Shown: piece by piece, positions 10,278 to 19,674 of the stretch
How positions within the stretch are numbered: position 1 is the first letter of the stretch
Layout of the letters: every line of letters begins with the position of its first letter
Virus record (IMG/VR): IMGVR_UViG_3300020034_000007
Coordinates: 11,924-75,923 of that record
From: a virus
Length of the DNA stretch: 64,000 nt
Reading direction: 5' to 3' (one strand)
The notes under the pieces: generated by a model
The model's database searches: none
Told to the model about the DNA's origin: nothing
Seen by the model: the letters and a program-made list of their open reading frames with translations, nothing else
Position numbers and translations under genes: made by a program

Positions 10278-10786
10278 TAGAGGATTCCACCTTCAATTGC
10301 AGCCTGAATACTCATAGCCAAGCTGTTCAACAATGTTGCGGCATCAGTCTCATTAAGTCCAACAACAGGACGAGCGGGTACGACACCACGTGCACCCGAC
10401 TGAGCTGTATTGAACTTAGCTTGAAGTACTGGATCACCAGTAGGCTCTGGTGTCTGAAACGTCACACCAGAAGGATCCATCGTCATAGTACCTGAAGCAT
10501 TGACGATGTAATCCTCTAATCCACCTGACCGATGAAGAATCGGACCTGATCCATACTGCTGGCGAAGGCGATCTGCAATCGTTACCGGTGACAACGGAGC
10601 CCAAGGTCCGGATACATCATCACCCTCACCGGAGAACCTTATAGCGGCTCTTTCGGATAGGTGATGCTTAGCTTCACCCTGCATCCAGAACGCTAGAGAG
10701 GCTGAATCAATAGCACGATCAAGAGCAGTAAGTACTTTAGTTACTCCTAGATCTTCAGCTTCCGAGGACCATAGAAAACCTGTCAT
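10277..10786 (-). CDS. Virion morphogenesis protein (Mu gpG-like tail completion)
   Basis: RFSGEGDDVSGPWAPLSPVTIADR...PILHRSGGL motif typical of this family. Confidence 0.8.
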   Translation of the reverse strand: MTGFLWSSEAEDLGVTKVLTALDRAIDSASLAFWMQGEAKHHLSERAAIRFSGEGDDVSGPWAPLSPVTIADRLRQQYGSGPILHRSGGLEDYIVNASGTMTMDPSGVTFQTPEPTGDPVLQAKFNTAQSGARGVVPARPVVGLNETDAATLLNSLAMSIQAAIEGGIL

Positions 10787-12393
10787 GACCAGCTAGCCCC
10801 CTCTCGGACGTGCCTTGTTGCCGTCACCCAGGCACTGCCATCCCAAACCTTGACAGTATCACTTCCATAAGCTAGAACCAAACTATCCACTAAGCCAGTG
10901 TTATCAATCAGTATCTTCTGGCTTATTAAAACTTGATTCTGAATATCAGCTAGTCCGGCAAGATCTGTAATAATTCGACTGTACTCTTTGATAACCAAAT
11001 CAGTTATACCAGCAGAATCAGTAATCGTAATCTGGTGATTTACAGCCTGGCCAATATTGTCAGTTAATCCAGCATTATCTGTATTTATTTGCGTACCGGC
11101 ACCTGATGAAATCTGAGAAACGAGATCACTAGAGCCAGTACTGTCAATAAGCACACGCGCCACAGCTGACGTTTGGGATATCATGTCGGTTGAACCAGAT
11201 GTATCAGTAGAAACTCGAGTAGCATTCACAGTCTGACCTGTAATGTCAGCAGCGCCAGCCGAGTCAGTAAACGTTTGCGTATAAGAATTTACCCCAGACT
11301 GAATTATATTATCAGTCAGTCCAGCCGAATCAGTCTCAATATCAGAATAAACAACTGAATAATTAATATCCTGATCTGTAGATCCAGTATCATCGCTAAT
11401 AATACGAATTACAGTCTGAGCTACAACAGACAGATCAGTAAGTCCCGTACTATCAACAATCGTTCGAGCTGTAGCATCTACCTGAGACGTAGTATCAATC
11501 AGGCCCGCACTGTCGATGATAGTGCGTGCGTAGTTTGTAGCACTCACAAGTGCATCCGTTATACCAGCTAAATCAATAACAGACCGCATCGCCGACGACA
11601 TCCGCGAGGGTACGTCAGTAAGACCGACGCTGTCTATAACTGGGCGAATATAAGCAGAAGTTTGTGAAGATATATCAGTGAGTCCACCGCTATCCGTAGC
11701 CGGTCGTCCGTAGGAAGCTGTCTGTGCTGATACATCTGTAGTACCACTGCTATCAATGTTAGTCTGAGTATAACCAGTACCGCCGCCGCTGACGGTGTAG
11801 GTGATGACGATGCCGACGACGGCCTGCGAGGTTGACGAACCGGTGCACGACGTGGCCGCGTTCGACGCGAGTGTCTGCGCGCCGACCGCGCACGACACCT
11901 TCGTGCCCGTGTTCGTCGTGACGGCGTCGGTGCCGAGCTCGGTGTAGCCACCGGACAGCGTCAAGTCCGCGAGCGTCCCCGACGACGACGCACCGAACGC
12001 AGCGTAGGCCCGGTCCGTCGACGACGCCTGCGTGCCCGTGGGGCCGACCGGGAGGGATGTGGTCGCGCCGCTGCCCGCGGTCGCGCTCGTGTCGAACGTG
12101 AGCGTCCCGGCTTCCTCGGTGATCCACCCGCACGTCGGGCCGGCGATCGGGATGGTGAAGTTAGTCTCGCCGGCACTCGTGCGGCGGAACACGTAGATCG
12201 CCGAGTTGGTGTCCTTCTCAGCGTCCCTCGTCCACCCGGTCAGAGTCCCTGGGGCGGTGCCGCCGAGGAAGTTGTCGGAGTTGAGGAACAGCAGGATCGT
12301 GTTCCCGGTGGTGGTGGCGCCGGCGAACGCCGCCAGGACTGTCGTGGGCGCCGTAGCCGTGCCGGTGGAGAACGACGCCGGCGACTGCACCAT
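10783..12393 (-). CDS. Virion appendage/fibre protein: high-GC N-terminal domain + 15 DxxGxxD repeats + VWDGSAW tail
   Basis: 536 aa; 15 repeats of about 20 aa (DSAGLTD-like); C-terminal VKVWDGSAWV. Confidence 0.7.
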   Translation of the reverse strand: MVQSPASFSTGTATAPTTVLAAFAGATTTGNTILLFLNSDNFLGGTAPGTLTGWTRDAEKDTNSAIYVFRRTSAGETNFTIPIAGPTCGWITEEAGTLTFDTSATAGSGATTSLPVGPTGTQASSTDRAYAAFGASSSGTLADLTLSGGYTELGTDAVTTNTGTKVSCAVGAQTLASNAATSCTGSSTSQAVVGIVITYTVSGGGTGYTQTNIDSSGTTDVSAQTASYGRPATDSGGLTDISSQTSAYIRPVIDSVGLTDVPSRMSSAMRSVIDLAGITDALVSATNYARTIIDSAGLIDTTSQVDATARTIVDSTGLTDLSVVAQTVIRIISDDTGSTDQDINYSVVYSDIETDSAGLTDNIIQSGVNSYTQTFTDSAGAADITGQTVNATRVSTDTSGSTDMISQTSAVARVLIDSTGSSDLVSQISSGAGTQINTDNAGLTDNIGQAVNHQITITDSAGITDLVIKEYSRIITDLAGLADIQNQVLISQKILIDNTGLVDSLVLAYGSDTVKVWDGSAWVTATRHVREGASWS

Positions 12394-12409
12394 CAGAACG
12401 TCACCATTC

Positions 12410-13339
12410 TCAAATCAGCGACAGCGGGTTACCAAGATCATCAAAGTTCTCCGACCATGCCACTTGTCCCATCGGAGTAGTATTCGACGTGCCCCGTCCG
12501 AGGTAAGGACGAGAGCGGTTAAGTGATAGGTCAAACACATTCCCTGTTGCCTCATAAGTAATGTTCGAAGTAAGACCACCATCATAGCATCGAAGAATCT
12601 CGTTGTTATCAGCGCCAGACTTACCAACAAGATAGGAGTCATGTACCGCTGCATGCATCGTAGTGCCTGATGTCATATCGGCAAACTGCATTCCAGATGA
12701 ACCGAGCTGGGCAATATTCATTGTCTCCATGTAAAGCAGAACTCGATCAAACGTAACGTTTCCTGCTCCACCCGACAATTGAACACCGTCGTTATGGTCC
12801 CCGCCGTCAACCGCCTTAGTCTTGATAATCGACTCAGTTATCATCGTACCAATTACCGTACCGCCATTCGCGCGAGCCCCATCCGTGTCGCCTTGAAACA
12901 GGCATCGCAACGCGTAATAGTCCTCCCACTGCGTGTTCTGCTCTCCATCCGGCACTGGCGGGTCGAACGTTACAAATTCCATGCCGAGCCCAGGATGATG
13001 GGTGCCAGAGAAATCGTTGTAGATCGATGTAGAGAGGCAGCCTTTGAACGTACACCACGGAATATCAAGGCGAATACGATCAGTATGGAGTTTTGTGAAC
13101 ACATACGGATCACCCTGAACCCCCGATCCAGTATGCGGGCCAGCTAGAAAATCCGACGCAACATGCGTCGATCCTGTCCAGTCTACTAGATCCCCAAGGA
13201 TTAGTTTCCGACCTAGCCCCGGATCAAGATAAGAAGTGTAACCAACAAGTGTACTCTCGCCGCCAATTAACTGTGACCCATGAGTAATTACATCAGGTGG
13301 CTGCATTAAGCCAATCTGAATAGCAATCGTACGAGCCAT
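12410..13339 (-). CDS. Putative right-handed beta-helix (pectin-lyase-like) virion protein
   Basis: Start refined to ATG 13339 (MARTIAIQ, SD aaggga); motifs GSGVQGDPY and DHNDGVQLSGGAGNVTF. Confidence 0.55.
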   Translation of the reverse strand: MARTIAIQIGLMQPPDVITHGSQLIGGESTLVGYTSYLDPGLGRKLILGDLVDWTGSTHVASDFLAGPHTGSGVQGDPYVFTKLHTDRIRLDIPWCTFKGCLSTSIYNDFSGTHHPGLGMEFVTFDPPVPDGEQNTQWEDYYALRCLFQGDTDGARANGGTVIGTMITESIIKTKAVDGGDHNDGVQLSGGAGNVTFDRVLLYMETMNIAQLGSSGMQFADMTSGTTMHAAVHDSYLVGKSGADNNEILRCYDGGLTSNITYEATGNVFDLSLNRSRPYLGRGTSNTTPMGQVAWSENFDDLGNPLSLI

Positions 13340-13362
13340 CAGTATTTCCCTTAAAGCCAGGC

Positions 13363-14211
13363 TTAGGTACCAAGGAACTTCTGGTTCCAAGTTATGCCTA
13401 GCGTATCCAATGTACCCTTTAGAACTGTCGGTGAAAGTAGACCCCTTGCAACTGTTCCCTTGGTTGCACCCGAGGTCACGTTCGTATCCGTGAAAGGATG
13501 CTCGGCAATAATCGCCACCTCGGCAAGAGGAGTCACGGGAGCGTTAGCTTCACCAGCATTCCAGGTAGTTTTGAATACCGTATAACAGCCGAGGTTATTA
13601 CCCAGATTAGAAAACTGTGGATAAGTTGCATCGAACGGCTTATTGGCAGTTACACCAGTCGGATAGGTAACGATATCCATACCGGCCGGAGTAGCCTTAT
13701 TAGCTGCAGTAGTCCCTGTACCAAGTTTCATTCCATTTACAACAGGGTAAGTTTGCGCAGCAGCACTGGCAATACCTGTAACAGTACCGCCCGACGAGTA
13801 AGCGCCGGGCGCTGCACCGACAGGAATCGTAAAAGTGGTGGTCGATCCAACAGTCGAGATTACCCACGTGCCGTTAACTCCGGTTGCACCAACAACGCCA
13901 GCAATAGTAACCTTGTCGCCTACTCCAAGGCCATGTGCACCTGAAGTCGTCACCACAGCTGATGCAGCATTCGTAACACCAGTAATCGTCACCGTAAGCA
14001 GTGTCATGACGGGGTAGTTCCGGCATGCGTAGTACTGGTCGCCCCAGTTCGTGATAAGATTCTTGAACGGCACAAACATCTTCAGATCACCATGCTCATC
14101 AAAGAGCTCAGCCCAACCAAACCCCCGAATGCCCACTGCGTCGTCCTGCTCACGGGACGCCTCCAGCGAGGAGATGAACTGGTCGATCATCCGCGCCGAG
14201 TCGGTTTTCAT
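13363..14211 (-). CDS. Virion structural protein with inserted FCCH-like beta domain
   Basis: NLITNWGDQYY...MKLGTGTTAA scaffold interrupted by ITGVTNAASAVVTTSGAHGLGVGDKVTIAGVVGATGVNGTW. Confidence 0.6.
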   Translation of the reverse strand: MKTDSARMIDQFISSLEASREQDDAVGIRGFGWAELFDEHGDLKMFVPFKNLITNWGDQYYACRNYPVMTLLTVTITGVTNAASAVVTTSGAHGLGVGDKVTIAGVVGATGVNGTWVISTVGSTTTFTIPVGAAPGAYSSGGTVTGIASAAAQTYPVVNGMKLGTGTTAANKATPAGMDIVTYPTGVTANKPFDATYPQFSNLGNNLGCYTVFKTTWNAGEANAPVTPLAEVAIIAEHPFTDTNVTSGATKGTVARGLLSPTVLKGTLDTLGITWNQKFLGT

Positions 14212-14258
14212 AAGGTCAGGCTCCTGTCGTGGTACTCTAAAGGTTTATGATAGAAAAT

Positions 14259-15011
14259 TTACAGTTCTATCCATTGATCAAAGGATCCGACTGTAATTCC
14301 AAGAATTGAATCCGGATCAGTTGGCCCGGTGAATACCTTCACTCTAGTGGTAGCAGCTAGGATATCCGATGCTTCCGCTCCGGTAGGCAATACATAATGA
14401 TCAGTGTCCCATACAAGAAAAGCAGGAACGCCAAGACCGGCTAAATCACTAGGCTGGATATATGTTGCACCTGGAATGACTGGAATCGTTACGATGACAT
14501 CAAACAAGTCGATGTCACCACCGTTGTAAGGTACCTCCATGGCAAACGACGTAGAGTACCCAGTCAAAGCTACAGCGACGTTGTACGTCCAACCTGATGG
14601 CGTCAGATCAGGATCATCGGTGGCAATTACGTCAACAGTAAACTCTCCATCAACATCCAGAATGGCCGTAATGCCACCCGGAAGAATAAATATCTTACCA
14701 TCAGCATCCTTGAGCAACTGAGTCATACTGAACGTAACAGTACCAACTGCAGCGTCACCATTATAATCAACATACTTGCCATGAACGGTTATACTCGTTA
14801 CATCAGGAGGAAGCGCAGTTAACGGGAAAGCCAAAGACTCTGGACCAGCACCAAGAAGAATAAAAGGACCAAACGTAGGCCCTACATCTGGAGTATCTGT
14901 CTGCTCTTCTGGTCTGTCATAATCATCAGCTACAGGTGGATAAGGAGCTCTATGAGCCGGAAAGACTCGATGCTCAAAAACATCAACACCGACCCTGAAC
15001 GGACCAGTCAT
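14259..15011 (-). CDS. Minor structural protein (actinophage baseplate/fibre-anchor-like)
   Basis: ATGA overlap at 15011-15008; VIATDDPDLTPSGWTYNV motif seen in actinophage tail proteins. Confidence 0.55.
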   Translation of the reverse strand: MTGPFRVGVDVFEHRVFPAHRAPYPPVADDYDRPEEQTDTPDVGPTFGPFILLGAGPESLAFPLTALPPDVTSITVHGKYVDYNGDAAVGTVTFSMTQLLKDADGKIFILPGGITAILDVDGEFTVDVIATDDPDLTPSGWTYNVAVALTGYSTSFAMEVPYNGGDIDLFDVIVTIPVIPGATYIQPSDLAGLGVPAFLVWDTDHYVLPTGAEASDILAATTRVKVFTGPTDPDSILGITVGSFDQWIEL

Positions 15012-15523
15012 CGGATCCACCTCGGATCATAATAGACCGGCTTGGCTGCCCAGCCATAGAAAGCCTCAACCTGTGAATATGGATCTAGGTTAGCAACTCG
15101 TGCACCATGAAGTGCACCAAGTCCGCCGTCATCTCCATCGTCATCGCCAGGTGGATTAAGATCAATATCACCCTTGAGAATCATCGTCAAGGTAGCTTCA
15201 GCCTCGTCAATCAAAGACTGGCCATAGCTTACTACCTTAACAGGGCCGTTCTGATAACCCATGGAGCCAAGCTCACGAGACTGATTGATCTCCAGAAGAA
15301 GTCTACCTGAAGCAAGATTATTCGCAATACGTTGGATTAGGATCCAAGCGGGGACACTTACAGTAGATGAGGTAAACGGTACAACGTACAGAAAACCCAA
15401 CTTTGAATCAATCTCATTACTGGCATCATCGACATGCTTGTCTTTCAAATCATCTTTGCATGGCAAATCACCAATAAGGAGATCGTCCTTACTGCTGTAA
15501 GTGACCCGAGTCGGACCCGGCAT
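15008..15523 (-). CDS. Head-tail adaptor (Mu gp36/DUF1320-like)
   Basis: YSSKDDL...DASNEIDSKLGFLYVVP...IANNLASGRL...EAEATLTMILKGDIDL pattern; position after the capsid gene. Confidence 0.75.
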   Translation of the reverse strand: MPGPTRVTYSSKDDLLIGDLPCKDDLKDKHVDDASNEIDSKLGFLYVVPFTSSTVSVPAWILIQRIANNLASGRLLLEINQSRELGSMGYQNGPVKVVSYGQSLIDEAEATLTMILKGDIDLNPPGDDDGDDGGLGALHGARVANLDPYSQVEAFYGWAAKPVYYDPRWIR

Positions 15524-15874
15524 TTAGCTAGCAGACTTCTTCGGAGGCACAGCCGGAGCCGGGGCTGCCTTCTTGGTTGAAGACTTAGCCTCAACCGGAG
15601 CATCAGCCTCTTCAACCGACATACTCTCGGGAAGAAAGTCCGGCACGTCAGCCGCAGTGCCAAGCGGCTTGTTACGAACGTCAGAATACGTACGGTACTC
15701 TGAACTCACTCCGACATAGTGACTCACGTCGTTGCTGTCGTGGTTAAAAGGAGCGTTTGTGTTGTTATAAGCGTCTGAATCTTCCGGATTAACAGTACCT
15801 GGAAGATCAGCACTACCTGTCGTCTTGTAGGAGGTCTTGGTCTCAGTGACCTTACCACCTCGAACATCGGCCAT
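15524..15874 (-). CDS. Hypothetical protein after the capsid gene
   Basis: 116 aa; Ala/Pro/Lys-rich C-terminus. Confidence 0.7.
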   Translation of the reverse strand: MADVRGGKVTETKTSYKTTGSADLPGTVNPEDSDAYNNTNAPFNHDSNDVSHYVGVSSEYRTYSDVRNKPLGTAADVPDFLPESMSVEEADAPVEAKSSTKKAAPAPAVPPKKSAS

Positions 15875-15963
15875 GAGCTGTTTCCTCTCGGATTCTTTAC
15901 GTGGCCGAAGGACCAGAGGCTGGACCAGAGACCTCCGGCCCTTCGGGGCTTAGCTTCTAGTGC

Positions 15964-17163
15964 TTAGTCTGGCAGCACCTTGTAGGTAAGACTATACTCC
16001 ATGAACGGAAACACTGGGAACGCCTTAATACCAGCACCCTTGACGTGCATCCAGGGGTCTCGCGTCTCATCTTCCCACTCGTAGTAACCTGACTGCCAGT
16101 TACCCTCCGGATGAGGAGCCGTCAGCGTCTTAGCGAAGCCGATCTGCGTATCATCCACCTGGTTCAACTGCTCCGCATCTGGAAGCAGAATCACCTTGTT
16201 ATCCGAGGTGAATCGGTTATTGACAAACGTAGACGAACCCAAGGCACGGGTACGGTAGACGCTGTCATAAACCTTAAACGAGACACCGGTTGACTGCTCC
16301 AGGATCTGAAGTGCAGCCTGCGGGCCAAAGCCCTGAGCAACGTAGTTCAGGTCAACCGGAGCAACGGACGGAAGAGCGCCAATGAAAGGCGTAACCGCAG
16401 CAGCAAACCTGCTTGACTTCCAGAAGGCATGCAAGATGCGCCGCGAAATGTAACCACGGTTAACCGTGATCTTGTAGCGATCCCACATCAGCTGATTGAT
16501 GGCCAATAGGTCACCAATCGGATCACAGGCCGGCAAGTCCCAGTTAGCAGGACCAGCACCAGTCACACCAGTCAACGCTGGCAGCTGTGTAGGCGTTACA
16601 CTGTTCTGGTCATCCGGACGCCCGTACTTGACGTTAAACTTGATCTTACCATCGTTGTACGAGATCATGTTCGTCTCAAGTGCCGTCATGATCAGCCACT
16701 CGAGCCGATTGTCGAGCTTGCGACGACGAAGGGCATCGTGGCGAGCAACTCGAGCCTGGAAATCGGCAACAGTACTGCCGATGAATCCCTGCGCAAGACT
16801 GAGACTGTTGATGCCATTGAGTTGCGCAGCAATTAGCAGTCCATCACGGAACCGAGTTACATCCGAAGCAGTGTACTTATCCTTAAGGCTCCAGTCGATC
16901 AGACTGGCGCGGCCCTGGACGTACGCTCCCTCGTCCTTCTGGGCGAGTTCAGCTTCGGCGTCCTCGGCGCGAGCCGGAGCAAGACCTTCCTGAAGACCAC
17001 CCTTGATGTAATCAAAGATCACATCGTCGGTAGCAACCTCCATGAAAGGTGCAATCTCAGCAAGACCGATATGGTCCTCTGGAGGCAGCATCTCTCGAAT
17101 AGAACCGAGAGACACCTCCTTGCGGACCAGCCGCTCAAACGGCGGGAAGGCAGGCGCGGTCAT
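15964..17163 (-). CDS. Major capsid protein (lambda gpE-like family)
   Basis: 399 aa; LRRRKLDNRLEWLIMTALETNMISY motif; follows the protease and decoration genes. Confidence 0.9.
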   Translation of the reverse strand: MTAPAFPPFERLVRKEVSLGSIREMLPPEDHIGLAEIAPFMEVATDDVIFDYIKGGLQEGLAPARAEDAEAELAQKDEGAYVQGRASLIDWSLKDKYTASDVTRFRDGLLIAAQLNGINSLSLAQGFIGSTVADFQARVARHDALRRRKLDNRLEWLIMTALETNMISYNDGKIKFNVKYGRPDDQNSVTPTQLPALTGVTGAGPANWDLPACDPIGDLLAINQLMWDRYKITVNRGYISRRILHAFWKSSRFAAAVTPFIGALPSVAPVDLNYVAQGFGPQAALQILEQSTGVSFKVYDSVYRTRALGSSTFVNNRFTSDNKVILLPDAEQLNQVDDTQIGFAKTLTAPHPEGNWQSGYYEWEDETRDPWMHVKGAGIKAFPVFPFMEYSLTYKVLPD

Positions 17164-17203
17164 ATCTTGTCCATTCTCCTTATGTCAGAATAATCTAATC
17201 GGC

Positions 17204-17989
17204 CTAATGCCAGCCGATATCGACCATCTTGCCCGCGGTACCTCCGCGCTGCATGAACGCTGCAGTGGCATTTGAAAGAGGGTGCTCGACGCCTGCAGCG
17301 TCCAGCTCGATGCACCATCCCTGAACCGCTTCGCAGTCATAGACAACTGAAACTTCAACATCTCGATCCATCAACTGCCACGGGAGGGTGGTCAGGAGAA
17401 GGCCGACGATGTTTGCACTCACGCCTCGTCCGTCATCAGATCCAGGCGTACCTGCAGTCGGAGTTGTAACGGCAATGGTGCCGCCACCAACCACCGCAGT
17501 AACGTCCACAGTTACGGCAGGCTCATCGCCAGCATAATCACCCTGATAGGTAAAGTTTACCGGAGTCGTAGCAACCGGACCACCTGTAACGACAACCTCG
17601 CCAGCACCAAACGCCGCATCAACCAGCGTCTGGATGTCTGCAGCAACCGCTGCAACAGGCACCGTGATCTGAGGCGAACCAGCGAACGCAGGGAAGGTCA
17701 CCTTGTAATTACCGCTGGTAAACGTACCAGTACCAGTAAGGCGCTGAACTTCCGAAACACCAGCAGGCTCAAATGGACCAATCATACCAAGGTTGGGACC
17801 TGCGGTAATCTTGGCCATTACCGTACCAGCGCGAAGTTCCTTGTACTGATTGCCATCACGAGTCTTAAACGGCACGCTATCCTTGGCGCACATGTAGGAC
17901 TCCGTGCCAAAGTCCTTTGTGCTACGGAGGAACTCGTTAACACCCCAAGGCGAGATTGGAGTCCCCATCGAACTCACGAAATCAGGCAT
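17204..17989 (-). CDS. Head decoration protein with inserted Ig-like (EVQ-type) domain
   Basis: LRAGTVMAKITAG...IGPF, then SEVQRLTG...GEVVVTGGP insert; located between scaffold and capsid genes. Confidence 0.7.
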   Translation of the reverse strand: MPDFVSSMGTPISPWGVNEFLRSTKDFGTESYMCAKDSVPFKTRDGNQYKELRAGTVMAKITAGPNLGMIGPFEPAGVSEVQRLTGTGTFTSGNYKVTFPAFAGSPQITVPVAAVAADIQTLVDAAFGAGEVVVTGGPVATTPVNFTYQGDYAGDEPAVTVDVTAVVGGGTIAVTTPTAGTPGSDDGRGVSANIVGLLLTTLPWQLMDRDVEVSVVYDCEAVQGWCIELDAAGVEHPLSNATAAFMQRGGTAGKMVDIGWH

Positions 17990-18028
17990 GTCACTCTCTC
18001 TTTGTCGAAGTCTCGGATCAGGACTCTG

Positions 18029-19351
18029 TTACTTCTTAGCCGCAGCTGCAGCTTCGAGGCGCACCATATCCTGATAGGACTTGGTCTTGGCCAGATTCTC
18101 CTCGCTCATGTTCTGCAGGCGGTGAGTATTAACGATCGCCTTAGCAATAGCGAGCTCGTCGTTCACCTTCTGTACATCAGTGTTAGCCGGGTCAGTCGGC
18201 GCTCCGGTATCCTGGACGCCATGTCCGGCAACAAGTGAAACAGGAACTGCAGAATCATACGAGGCCTTGAAATTGGCAAACTGCTCATCCGACAACGAGA
18301 GCGCTAGCTGCGTCAGGGGATCTACCTGAGTAGCCACGATCTTGGGATGGTCACCCTTGGCCAGTTCTTCCACGAAAGTCTTACGACCGGTCTCAAGCTG
18401 CTCCTTCTTGAAGGTAGCAAGGACTCGGTTGTTCGATTCGAGCTGTGTAATGTGCGCCTGAACCTCGGCCGCATCCGTCGTCGCCTTACCGCTCAAAGTG
18501 AAGGCAACAGACTGAGCCGCAACAGACTGCGGCACGACTGGCTGAGGAAGAACAGGCGGGGCAGCCGGAGTAGGCGGCTGCACGGGCGCAGGCTGAGTGT
18601 TGTTCGGTGCAGTCACACCAGGCTCCTTTGAGGTATTGAAAATTCTTGGTGCTGGGGCATCCTGGCGACCCGCATGTGCATAAATGCTAAGGTCCCAGTT
18701 ATTCTTCGCTTGCTTACTATCCTTCTTTTTCTGAGGCTTGATTGTCTCGTCTGCAAGCCCTGCAGCAACAGCCTCCGCACCTGTATACCAGGTTTCGTCG
18801 GACATTGCCTGCTTCCAGTCATCAATCGAACCACCAGCAACATTATGATAAACCTCAGCAATATTTTGATCCATCTTGTCAAGGTCATCAGCAAACGTTC
18901 GCATCTCGTTAGCATTGCCAAGTACAATCCCAGATGCGTTGTGAATCATCATCTGGGATGACTCTTCCATCGAGACCTTATCGCCCGCCATAGCAACAAT
19001 TGATGCGGCCGAGGCTGCAAGGGCGTCAACAATGACATGTACATAGGCATCATGCTGACGCAAGGCATTCTTCATAGCGATACCATCAAAGGCGGCACCA
19101 CCAGGAGAGTTAAGATGAAGCTCGATAGTGTCATCATCAATCTCCTGAAGCTGATCGATGAATGACTGAGCAGTCGTCCCTTCGCCCCAGAAGTTACCAC
19201 CGATACGGTCGTAAATATAGACCTGGGCAACGGTCCCGCCATTGTTTTCCTGGCGAGCATTCTTGACGACTCGATACCAGTCCGGCACATCCTGCTGCTG
19301 CAGGTTAGCCATCCGCCTGATTCGCTCTTGCGGGTCTCGAAGTCCAGTCAT
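18029..19351 (-). CDS. ClpP-family head maturation protease fused to scaffold
   Basis: HLNSPGG, ALAASAAS and MMIHNA motifs; helical C-terminal scaffold region after a Pro-rich linker. Confidence 0.93.
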   Translation of the reverse strand: MTGLRDPQERIRRMANLQQQDVPDWYRVVKNARQENNGGTVAQVYIYDRIGGNFWGEGTTAQSFIDQLQEIDDDTIELHLNSPGGAAFDGIAMKNALRQHDAYVHVIVDALAASAASIVAMAGDKVSMEESSQMMIHNASGIVLGNANEMRTFADDLDKMDQNIAEVYHNVAGGSIDDWKQAMSDETWYTGAEAVAAGLADETIKPQKKKDSKQAKNNWDLSIYAHAGRQDAPAPRIFNTSKEPGVTAPNNTQPAPVQPPTPAAPPVLPQPVVPQSVAAQSVAFTLSGKATTDAAEVQAHITQLESNNRVLATFKKEQLETGRKTFVEELAKGDHPKIVATQVDPLTQLALSLSDEQFANFKASYDSAVPVSLVAGHGVQDTGAPTDPANTDVQKVNDELAIAKAIVNTHRLQNMSEENLAKTKSYQDMVRLEAAAAAKK

Positions 19352-19398
19352 AGTGTCGCCACTTTAGCCGATACACCGGGCGTGTTATCAAGGATACC

Positions 19399-19674
19399 CT
19401 AGACGCCGGTTACGGTTCTGCCCAGAACAGACTCTGGAGTAGCATCTTCACGAAGGAACGCACCGCTCTGCTTGGTGAAAATAACTCTATGCCAGCGAAA
19501 ACATTCTCGACAACGAATATGAATCTCGCCATCGTAATGCAAAGTCTCTCCGTAAATACGGTGCTGCTTGTATACCTTCACGTGGACATAAACGCGCCCT
19601 CGTTCGTCAATCCCATAGACTGCAAGCAATGGCTTGCGTGCACAGAAGCAACTCAATGGCTCCTTAGTGGCCAT
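19399..19674 (-). CDS. Small zinc-ribbon protein (Com-like)
   Basis: Start ATG 19674; MATKEPLSCFC...IHIRCRECFRWH (CxC + CxxC). Confidence 0.6.
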   Translation of the reverse strand: MATKEPLSCFCARKPLLAVYGIDERGRVYVHVKVYKQHRIYGETLHYDGEIHIRCRECFRWHRVIFTKQSGAFLREDATPESVLGRTVTGV

